Below, in pieces: positions 7,598-14,325 of a DNA stretch of 14,325 nt. Below the pieces are notes generated by a model. It made no database searches and had not been told where the DNA came from. It was given only the letters and a program-made list of their open reading frames with translations. The stretch covers positions 1 to 14,325 of the forward strand of contig JBFWJG010000053.1 of assembly GCA_050253335.1 (NCBI GenBank), written 5' to 3'. Both the position numbers and the translations under genes were made by a program. The stretch's first letter is position 1. Each line of letters begins with the position of its first letter. Origin of the DNA: Deferribacterales bacterium (GTDB lineage Bacteria; Chrysiogenota; Deferribacteres; Deferribacterales; Geovibrionaceae).

Positions 7598-8178
7598 ATA
7601 TCCGTAACCGACCAGCTTATATTTCCGTTTTTATCCATGCGCATACTTACGCTTTTTTCTTCCGTGTTATCAAACAGGCTCGCATATTTCATAACTGCCG
7701 CGACCTGATTTACCGCATACTCCTCACTGAACTTCATGTGCCTGTCAAATGCGTCTATAATTGCGCGGTTGCCTGAAATTCCCCTGAAAAGGTTTTCTAG
7801 TTCCTGATTATCCCGAAACATTTGTTCTATCTCAGCTTTCTGCGGATGATCCCCTTTCACGTACACGTGTCCGTCCGTGCCTGTGGTCAGCTCAAATGAC
7901 GGGTCGGAAGAGATGCCCCTCTCCTCCATTATTGCCTTCATGCTGTCGGAGAAAATGTTTTCAAGTTTTGCTGTACGTTCCTGAATACTCTCACTTGAGG
8001 AAGATGGCAAGGTATAGGGCTCGCCCAGTTCGCCGTGCCTGCCGTTTTTCGGCTGTTCAGCCTGCAGGCTATTAATGATGTCGATAAATTCCTGTTCGGC
8101 CTTGCTTTTGTCTGTTTTTTGGGTTGCGTTAGGGGACTGAACCCCGCTGAGGTTGGTTTGGGAAATATCACTGATCAT
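7579..8178 (-). CDS. Hypothetical protein, 199 aa
   Basis: Long ORF filling the gap between thioesterase and htpG terminator; AAGGAAAGG RBS; low-complexity S/Q/T N-terminus, then a globular-looking region FELTTGTDGHVYVKGDHPQKAEIE. Family not recognised. Confidence 0.75.
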   Translation of the reverse strand: MISDISQTNLSGVQSPNATQKTDKSKAEQEFIDIINSLQAEQPKNGRHGELGEPYTLPSSSSESIQERTAKLENIFSDSMKAIMEERGISSDPSFELTTGTDGHVYVKGDHPQKAEIEQMFRDNQELENLFRGISGNRAIIDAFDRHMKFSEEYAVNQVAAVMKYASLFDNTEEKSVSMRMDKNGNISWSVTDIYSFSA

Positions 8179-8246
8179 TTTTTCCTTTCCTTGCGCCGAA
8201 AGAAAATATTTTAATACTTATAGCAAAAAACATGCTGAGTAAGGGG

Positions 8247-8279
8247 AAAATAAAGCAAAGGGGGCTTGAAGCCCCCTTT
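8247..8279 (-). terminator. Rho-independent terminator of htpG
   Basis: Inverted repeat AAAGGGGGCTT-G-AAGCCCCCTTT (8257-8279); the minus strand continues TTTGCTTTATTTT; 11 bp after the htpG stop. Confidence 0.85.
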
Positions 8280-8290
8280 CTGAGTTTAAG

Positions 8291-10174
8291 TTATCTCATT
8301 CCTTTGATCATGAGCTCTGCTGTTTTCCCTGCAAAAAGCGAAGGATTCTCCGGGGCGGAGCCTTCCACAATCAGCGCAAGGTTGAAGAGGATGTCCGCAT
8401 AATCTTTTATCAAGGAAGACTTTGCATCTGTCTCGTGGAGTTTTTTCATTTCAGCGAAAAGTGCGTGCTCGGGGTTTATTTCCAGAATCTTCTTGGATTT
8501 CGGGATAAACTGCCCCATGGCCTCCATCATGCGCGCCATGTGCGGATCAATGTCGTTGTCATCGCCTACAAGGCAGCAGACGGTGTTTTTCAGCCTTCCG
8601 GAGAGGCGCACATCCTTAACCTTTTCCTTGAGAGCGTCCTTTATGCTGTCAAGCAGTCCGCCCAGCTCTTTTTTCTGTTCCTCGGCTTTCTCTTTGTCAT
8701 CAAGGCTTATGTCCCCTTTGACCACGGAGCGGAGCTTTTTGCCCTTATACTCGCCAAGGGAGGGGATGACTATCTCGTCCACCTCATCGGTCATGAAGAG
8801 GACTTCAATGCCTTTTTCGGTGAATGATTCAAGATAGGGGGATTTTTTCAGTTCGGCTATATTTCCCCCCGTGATGTAGTAGATCTCTTCCTGATCCGGC
8901 TTCATTTCGGCGAGATAAGTCTCAAGGTCGGTGAATTTGCCTTCCTCGGTTCTGCTTGAGCGGAACATGAGCAGGGATGCTATCTCCTCTTTTCTGGTGA
9001 ATTCGTAGTGCAGGCCCTCCTTGAGGATTTTGCCGAACTCCTTATAGAAAACGGAATAGCTGTCCGCCTCGTTGGCTTTCATCTCTTTCAGGGTATCCAG
9101 AACCTTTTTGGTGATGTTTTTTCTGATGACGTCTATCATCTTATTGTTCTGGAGAATCTCCCTTGAAACGTTCAGGGGCAGGTCGCTGGAATCCGCCAGA
9201 CCTTTTATGAAACGCAGATACAGCGGGAGAAGCTGCTCGCAGTGCTCCATTATCTGCACTTTTTTAACGTAAAGCGCGGGGCCGAACTTGAAATCCTTGT
9301 ACAGAATGTCAAACGGCGCCTTGGCGGGTATATACAGCAGAACAGTGAACTCCGCCGTGCCTTCCGCGCGGTAGTGTATTGTTTTCAGCGGATTAGTGAA
9401 ATCGTGGGAGATGTGCTTATAGAACTCGGTGTACTCCTCTTCCGTCACTTCCGATTTGTCTTTCAGCCAGATGGCCTTCATGGAGTTGAGGGTTTCTTCC
9501 CTGACAGTTGTTTCGGTCTTGCCGTCCTTTTCCTCTTCTTCCGTGATGTCCATTACCACGGGGTATTCTATGTAATCTGAATATTTTTTGATGATGCTTC
9601 TGATCCGGTACTCGTCCAGATATTCTTTGCCCTCGTCCTTGAGATGAAGGATGATGTCCGTCCCTCTGGATGACTTTTCCGCGGGCTCAACAGTGAATGT
9701 GCCGTCTGCGGCTGATTCCCACTTAACTGCGTCCTTTTCCCCGGCTTTGCGGGTGATTACCGTTACCCTGTCCGCCACCATGAATGCGGCGTAAAAGCCG
9801 ACACCGAACTGGCCGATGAGTTCAGGGTTGTTTTTCACCTCTTCCGATCTGAGCTTGTTGAGGAATTCCTTGGTTCCCGAGTGGGCAATTGTTCCGAGAG
9901 CCTGCACGGCCTCTTCTTTCGTCATGCCTATGCCGTTGTCGGACACCGTGAGTGTGTTGTTTTCAGGATCGCAGAACAGCCTGATCCTGAAGTTTCCGTC
10001 CCCTTCCAGTATGCTGCCGTCAGTTAGTGAAAGATAACGAAGTTTGTCGATAGCATCGGAAGCGTTTGAAACCAGTTCTCTTAAAAATATTTCCTTGTGC
10101 GAGTAAAGCGAATTTACCACAAGGTCGAGCAGACGGCTTACCTCCGCCTTGAACTGAACAGTTTCCTGCGCCAT
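8291..10174 (-). CDS. htpG: Molecular chaperone HtpG (Hsp90)
   Basis: FKAEV..LLDLVVNSLYSHKEIFLRELVSNASDA, DNGIGM, LGTIAHSGT, IGQFGVGFY, DLPLNVSREILQ, ILEINPEH; GGAGG RBS. Confidence 0.98.
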   Translation of the reverse strand: MAQETVQFKAEVSRLLDLVVNSLYSHKEIFLRELVSNASDAIDKLRYLSLTDGSILEGDGNFRIRLFCDPENNTLTVSDNGIGMTKEEAVQALGTIAHSGTKEFLNKLRSEEVKNNPELIGQFGVGFYAAFMVADRVTVITRKAGEKDAVKWESAADGTFTVEPAEKSSRGTDIILHLKDEGKEYLDEYRIRSIIKKYSDYIEYPVVMDITEEEEKDGKTETTVREETLNSMKAIWLKDKSEVTEEEYTEFYKHISHDFTNPLKTIHYRAEGTAEFTVLLYIPAKAPFDILYKDFKFGPALYVKKVQIMEHCEQLLPLYLRFIKGLADSSDLPLNVSREILQNNKMIDVIRKNITKKVLDTLKEMKANEADSYSVFYKEFGKILKEGLHYEFTRKEEIASLLMFRSSRTEEGKFTDLETYLAEMKPDQEEIYYITGGNIAELKKSPYLESFTEKGIEVLFMTDEVDEIVIPSLGEYKGKKLRSVVKGDISLDDKEKAEEQKKELGGLLDSIKDALKEKVKDVRLSGRLKNTVCCLVGDDNDIDPHMARMMEAMGQFIPKSKKILEINPEHALFAEMKKLHETDAKSSLIKDYADILFNLALIVEGSAPENPSLFAGKTAELMIKGMR

Positions 10175-10196
10175 GTAATTTACCTCCGTAACTTGA

Positions 10197-10243
10197 TTGA
10201 TTATTGCAACTTACAAATATACAATAAGCGCCATGAATATCAA
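10197..10243. promoter_or_regulatory. Overlapping divergent sigma70 promoters for htpG (-) and the serine hydrolase (+)
   Basis: Plus strand: TTGATT (10197-10202), 17 bp, TACAAT (10220-10225). Minus strand: TTGATA (10243-10238), 16 bp, TATATT (10221-10216). Confidence 0.5.
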
Positions 10244-11366
10244 CAGTTTTGGCAGCAGTCTGCGGCTTATCCCCCTTAGGATTTCAATTATTTTTTTCCT
10301 GTTTGTTTTCAGTGCTTTTGCGGATCAGAGACTGGACAGTCTGGGGGAAGCGGCCGTGAAAAACGGACTCACGGAAGGCGCTGTTATCCTCGTGAGGCAG
10401 AACGGGCGGGTTCTTCATTCAGGCGCATACGGAACGGCGGAAGAGGGGAGCGTTTTTGATCTCGCGTCTCTCACCAAGGTCTATGCGGCAACGCTTGCAG
10501 TGATGAGGCTCACTGACTTGGGTCTTGTTGATCCTTCTGATAAAGCCGGCAGGTTTTTCCCGCAGTTCAGGGAAGGGGAGAAAGCCCGTGTGACAGTGGA
10601 GCATCTTCTCCGGCACAGTTCCGGCCTGCCTGCGTGGAAGCCGCTTTACTGTGCGGAGAACCCGAAAGAGCATCTGCTGAATATGCCTCTTCAGTATTCA
10701 CCGGGAACAGCGAGAGTGTACAGTGATCTCGGGTTCATGCTTCTGGGAATGATAGTTGAGCAGGTAAGCGGAATGCCGCTGGATGAGTTTGCCGATAATG
10801 AGTTTTATAAACCCATGGGGCTGAAAACCGCAGGGTTTAGACCTGTTGATGTTTCCGGCGTTATGCCCACTCTGTTCGGCGGTTTCGAGGCGGCAATGGC
10901 TGATGATGCCTCATGTGATGAAAAATTTAAGAAAGAAGTTCTGAAAGGGCAGGTGAACGACGGAAATGCGCGGATGGCTTTCGGCGGTTCCGCCGGACAC
11001 GCGGGACTTTTCAGCAGTGCGGAGGACTTGGCGGCGCTCACTGAAATGATCACTGACGGAAAATACATTAAGCCGGAAACAGTAAGACGTTTTATGCTGA
11101 AAGATGAAGCCGGACAGGGGATGGGTTTTGCCATGACAGAGCAGTCTCTCCATGCGGAAGGCATAACAGAGGCTGCATTTGGGCATCTGGGCTTTACGGG
11201 AACATCCGTCGTGAATGTTCCCGAGAAGCGGCTGACAGTGATCATCCTCACGAACAGGCAGATGAAGGGGCTTGATGAAAAAGGACGCTATCCGGATCTG
11301 AGAGAGTTCAGAAAAGCGGTTTTCAGTGAAGCAATGCGTCTTTCAGAAAAAAACATGTTAAAATAG
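10233..11366 (+). CDS. Exported serine hydrolase, beta-lactamase-related (class C/AmiE-like) family
   Basis: FDLASLTK (SxxK), LLRHSSGL, PG...VYSDLGF, VNDGNA..FGG.AGHAGLFS, FGHLGFTGT, LTNR; signal peptide ending SAFA. Start uncertain; ATG 10233 chosen. Confidence 0.88.
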   Translation: MNINSFGSSLRLIPLRISIIFFLFVFSAFADQRLDSLGEAAVKNGLTEGAVILVRQNGRVLHSGAYGTAEEGSVFDLASLTKVYAATLAVMRLTDLGLVDPSDKAGRFFPQFREGEKARVTVEHLLRHSSGLPAWKPLYCAENPKEHLLNMPLQYSPGTARVYSDLGFMLLGMIVEQVSGMPLDEFADNEFYKPMGLKTAGFRPVDVSGVMPTLFGGFEAAMADDASCDEKFKKEVLKGQVNDGNARMAFGGSAGHAGLFSSAEDLAALTEMITDGKYIKPETVRRFMLKDEAGQGMGFAMTEQSLHAEGITEAAFGHLGFTGTSVVNVPEKRLTVIILTNRQMKGLDEKGRYPDLREFRKAVFSEAMRLSEKNMLK

Positions 11367-11387
11367 TTTTTTGAACGGAGAGATATA

Positions 11388-12344
11388 ATGAAAAAATTTC
11401 TGATGATTCTTCTCACAGCGGCTTTTATCCCGCTGAATGCGCAGGCTCTGGATGCGCCTTTTATCGTGGGCGGAAATACTGCCTCGCAGGGCGAATATCC
11501 TTTTATGGTTGCGGTTGCTCAGGCGGGCGGAACTCCGCTTACCTCAAGGCAGTTCTGCGGAGGGGTGCTTATCGCCCCCGAATGGGTTCTGACAGCGGCT
11601 CACTGCGTCGCAACCGAGGCGGGGGGAGTTGTGACCGTTGATGACCCGTCATCGATCACCCTTTACATAGGCGAATTTGACCTTGCGAACCCAAGCGGAA
11701 CGGAAAGGTCGGTATCCGCAATTCATGTTCATCAGAGCTATATCGATAATTCCGCCTTTGGCAACGGATACCGTGATATTGCCCTGCTTGAGCTTTCGTC
11801 TCCGGTCGGTGCGGAGTACGCATCTGTTCTGAGGCCTGCTGACGCCTTTTATTACGCCCTGCCGGGAGATTCTGTCAGGGTCATAGGCTGGGGAAGCACT
11901 GACGGTAATATTTATACTTATCCCGACAGGCTTCAGGAAGTTACGTTGCCTGTGGTTTCCAACTCCGTATGCGCTGCCGCAATGACGCCCAGCAATGTTT
12001 ATGATTATGAAATCTGCGCTGGCTATCAGGCCGGCGGAAAAGACTCATGCGCAGGAGACAGCGGAGGGCCGATGCTTGTTTCGAAGAACGGAGGCTGGGT
12101 TGTTGCAGGTATAGTGAGCTGGGGCCCTGTTGAGTGCGGAGTGGCGGGTGCATACGGCGTTTATGCCCGTGTAGCCGACAACCTTGACTGGATAGAAAGC
12201 CGCACAGGCGAGCTTGACTACGGAAATACTGCTTCCGGCGGAGGCGGCGGAGGATGCTCGGCTTCTGAAAACGGCAATATATCATTGCTGCTTATGTCTG
12301 CCGCACTTGCAGTTTTTATAATAAGAGGCAGAAGAAAAGCTTAG
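11388..12344 (+). CDS. Secreted trypsin-like serine protease (S1A) with C-terminal Gly-rich/Cys membrane sorting tail
   Basis: Signal peptide ending AQA; IVGG mature N-terminus; CGG, TAAHC, DIALL, GKDSCAGDSGGP, VSWG, YGVY; tail GGGGGGCSA-TM-RGRRKA; GGAG RBS. Confidence 0.95.
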   Translation: MKKFLMILLTAAFIPLNAQALDAPFIVGGNTASQGEYPFMVAVAQAGGTPLTSRQFCGGVLIAPEWVLTAAHCVATEAGGVVTVDDPSSITLYIGEFDLANPSGTERSVSAIHVHQSYIDNSAFGNGYRDIALLELSSPVGAEYASVLRPADAFYYALPGDSVRVIGWGSTDGNIYTYPDRLQEVTLPVVSNSVCAAAMTPSNVYDYEICAGYQAGGKDSCAGDSGGPMLVSKNGGWVVAGIVSWGPVECGVAGAYGVYARVADNLDWIESRTGELDYGNTASGGGGGGCSASENGNISLLLMSAALAVFIIRGRRKA

Positions 12345-12389
12345 TAAGGAATGTTCCCCGCTTTTACGGAGATTCAGACTGATGACAAA

Positions 12390-12470
12390 CATCCCCCCTT
12401 GCTGAATGGGGATGCTGTTGCCGCTGAGAGCAAAGCCCTCCTTTCTTAAAAGGAGGGCTGGGGAGTATTT
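12390..12470. repeat. REP-like palindromic element between convergent genes
   Basis: Stem CATCCCC/GGGGATG (12390-12414) and perfect 11-bp stem AGCCCTCCTTT/AAAGGAGGGCT (12434-12459), followed by a G-run. Only one copy is visible, so repeat status is inferred. Confidence 0.4.
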
Positions 12471-12520
12471 ATGCAAATATATACTTTTTACTTTGAGAAG
12501 AGTTGTGCCGACAAACTGAT

Positions 12521-12547
12521 CCCCTGCTTTTGCAGGGGTTTTGTTTT
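12521..12547 (+). terminator. Rho-independent terminator, possibly bidirectional, between the two protease genes
   Basis: CCCCTGC-TTTT-GCAGGGG followed by TTTTGTTTT; lies 9 bp past the subtilisin stop on the other strand. Confidence 0.75.
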
Positions 12548-14325
12548 CTATACCTTTCTTCTCATTAATATTATCCCTGAAACCAGCATCAGAATAATCA
12601 GGGCGTAGTCTGCTTCCGCTCCCGCGGAACATCCGCCTCCGCCTGAACCTCCGGAAGAGCTTCCGCTTTCATTGTCGTCACCATCGTCCGTCTCGTTGTC
12701 TTCTCCGCCGTCTGTCTGGTTGTCGTCCGTATTGTTGTCATCCGTATCGTTGTCATCCCCGCCCTGAGCGGCAAGGGTCACAAAGAACGACTGGAATTCG
12801 GGGCTGAGCTGATTTCCAGCCTGATCCCTGATTCCGTCTGTAACATTAACCGTGTAGGCGGTGCCGGAGCTTAAATCCGCTGAGGGGTTGAAGGTCACGT
12901 TGTTGCCGGAAACGCTCAGATCGCCTTCTGTCACTGGGGTCATGGTTGACTGATTTACAAGGGATAGGTGCGCTGAGCTGAGTGTGGAAGAGAGTATGCT
13001 TTCGCTGAACTGAACACTTATATTTGTAGTGACTGCCACATCCGCCGAGTTATTGGAAGGGGAGACACTGACAACATAAGGCGCTGTTGTGTCCAGAGTT
13101 ATGCTGTCCGATGCCGCGGCGCTTATATTGCCTGATCCGTCTTTGAGCCAAGCGTATACGGTTTTTGTTCCGTCAGCCCCTGTGAGGGAGAAGGTGAGGT
13201 TGAGATTTAAGCTTACTGTACCGGAAACAGGGCTGAAGTCGGCTGCATCGGGCGTTGTTCCGCTTTCTGATACGTAGTAGCCGTCTATCCCCGTTCCGTC
13301 TGAACCGCTGAGACTTACTGTCACACTGCGGCTGTTTGTGAATACACTGCCGTTGTTTATGTTTACTGTCACATTGTATGGAACTGTCGTGTCAACGCTG
13401 TCTGCAATGCTGTTTATAACCGAGTCAACGTTTATGCGCCCCTCTGTTCCGTGGGGTGTGCAGCCGTAGGTTACGGCAGAGCGTGTGTTCTTCATGACAG
13501 TTTCAAGCTGATCCACCGTGAGAGTATTGTTCTTCTCTCTGAAAACTGCGAATGCACCTGCCACATGGGGTGTCGCCATGGATGTTCCGTTCCATGCCGC
13601 ATAGTCCGTGTCTCCGCTGCCGACCGCTGAGTTTATCGTCACCCCGGGCGCGAATATGTCCACAAGGTTTATCTGATAGTTGCTGAAGCTCGCTTCAACA
13701 TCAAGAACGGTCACGGCTCCCACTGCGACAGCCTTTTCTATGCAAGCCGGAGATGAAATGTAGCCGCAGTAGCTTTCATTTCCGGTGGCAATGGCGACTG
13801 CTATTCCCGCTCCGGTGAGAACATTGATGTAGTTGGTGTATGTGAGGTCGTCATTATCGCAGTATCCGCTCTCCTGACCGCCGCCAAGGCTCATGTTTAT
13901 TGCGGCTATGCTGTGGGTGTTTTTCAGTGTGTCATAGATATAGTCAAGGGCGGCCATCTGGTCAGAGGTGTAGGACAGAACACAGTCGTCATACAAGGGG
14001 AGGGTTCCGCCGCAGAGGGAATTGTTTTCGAATCTGGAAAACACCTGAATCGCTATAATGTCTGCGTCCTTCGCGACCCCTTTCTGGACTGCGCTGTTTC
14101 CCGCGGCGATTCCCGCCACATGGGTTCCATGGTCGTATGCTTTATATGATGATTCATAGTGCGCGGCAGATCCCGTCCCGATCATCTCACTGCTTCCGTC
14201 AGGGCAGTCGTTATTAGAGAAGCAGGCTTCGGTTATATTTTTCCCCGCGAACATTTCGTGGGTGCGTCTTATGCCTGTATCAATAACGGCGACATACCAG
14301 CCGTCTCCGGTGTATCCTGCCGCCC
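12548..14325 (-). CDS. Subtilisin-like serine protease (S8), 5'-truncated, with Ig-like domains, acidic stalk and Gly-rich/Cys sorting tail
   Basis: The frame stays open beyond ATG 14254 to the window edge (AAGYTGDGWYVAVIDTGIRRTHE, containing the catalytic Asp). HGTHVAGIAAG, INMSLGG, ATGN and GTSMATPHVAG complete the triad and oxyanion Asn. DTTAPYVVSVSP...FSE...YTV.V..GIRD.AGN is an Ig-like (Big_5-type) domain; tail GGGGCSA-TM-RRKV. Confidence 0.93.
   Translation of the reverse strand, partial: AAGYTGDGWYVAVIDTGIRRTHEMFAGKNITEACFSNNDCPDGSSEMIGTGSAAHYESSYKAYDHGTHVAGIAAGNSAVQKGVAKDADIIAIQVFSRFENNSLCGGTLPLYDDCVLSYTSDQMAALDYIYDTLKNTHSIAAINMSLGGGQESGYCDNDDLTYTNYINVLTGAGIAVAIATGNESYCGYISSPACIEKAVAVGAVTVLDVEASFSNYQINLVDIFAPGVTINSAVGSGDTDYAAWNGTSMATPHVAGAFAVFREKNNTLTVDQLETVMKNTRSAVTYGCTPHGTEGRINVDSVINSIADSVDTTVPYNVTVNINNGSVFTNSRSVTVSLSGSDGTGIDGYYVSESGTTPDAADFSPVSGTVSLNLNLTFSLTGADGTKTVYAWLKDGSGNISAAASDSITLDTTAPYVVSVSPSNNSADVAVTTNISVQFSESILSSTLSSAHLSLVNQSTMTPVTEGDLSVSGNNVTFNPSADLSSGTAYTVNVTDGIRDQAGNQLSPEFQSFFVTLAAQGGDDNDTDDNNTDDNQTDGGEDNETDDGDDNESGSSSGGSGGGGCSAGAEADYALIILMLVSGIILMRRKV
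12713..12757 (-). repeat. Imperfect 15-bp tandem repeat x3 encoding DDNxT
   Basis: Plus strand TGTCTGGTTGTCGTC / CGTATTGTTGTCATC / CGTATCGTTGTCATC encodes DDNDT-DDNNT-DDNQT on the minus strand. Confidence 0.8.

Noticed and set aside
8222..8237. Firm sigma54 promoter call for the hypothetical gene
   Set aside because: The nearly invariant GG at -24 is AG; mentioned only as a weak hint.
10175..10260. CIRCE or sigma32 heat-shock element at htpG
   Set aside because: No TTAGCACTC-N9-GAGTGCTAA and no convincing CTTGAA/CCCCAT pair on the htpG strand.
8435..10279. Plus-strand ORFs within htpG
   Set aside because: Antisense to a highly conserved gene; no independent evidence.
10233..11366. Antibiotic-resistance beta-lactamase
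   Set aside because: YSD and HLG replace AmpC YxN and KTG; the motifs fit esterase/AmiE-like hydrolases, so resistance is unsupported.
12282..12632. 116-aa minus ORF across the protease intergenic region
   Set aside because: Overlaps both protease 3' ends and runs through the hairpins and terminator; no RBS or motif.
14252..14254. ATG 14254 as the subtilisin start
   Set aside because: The frame continues to the window edge and includes the catalytic Asp motif; signal peptide and prodomain must lie outside the window.

Overview
Bacterial chromosomal window with 11 complete CDS and one 5'-truncated CDS. The gene families are reminiscent of Deferribacterota (a guess, not verifiable here). From left to right: a STAS-like protein; an operon of a stand-alone receiver protein, a LuxP-type AI-2 binding protein and a LuxQ-like membrane sensor whose kinase output is replaced by PAS-GGDEF-EAL; a convergent orphan cas6 with no array or other cas genes; an AT-rich spacer; a 3'-5' exonuclease and a thioesterase; a hypothetical protein; htpG; a serine hydrolase; and a convergent pair of secreted proteases (trypsin-like and subtilisin-like). 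Two candidate undescribed systems stand out. (1) A LuxPQ-like receptor apparently wired directly to c-di-GMP turnover. (2) A surface protease pair sharing a Gly-rich/Cys/TM/basic C-terminal sorting tail, where the trypsinogen activation site (APF|IVGG) suits the neighbouring subtilisin and the subtilisin stalk carries five tandem D/E-X-N-X-S/T N-glycosylation sequons. All homology calls rest on motif recognition from memory; no searches were run.
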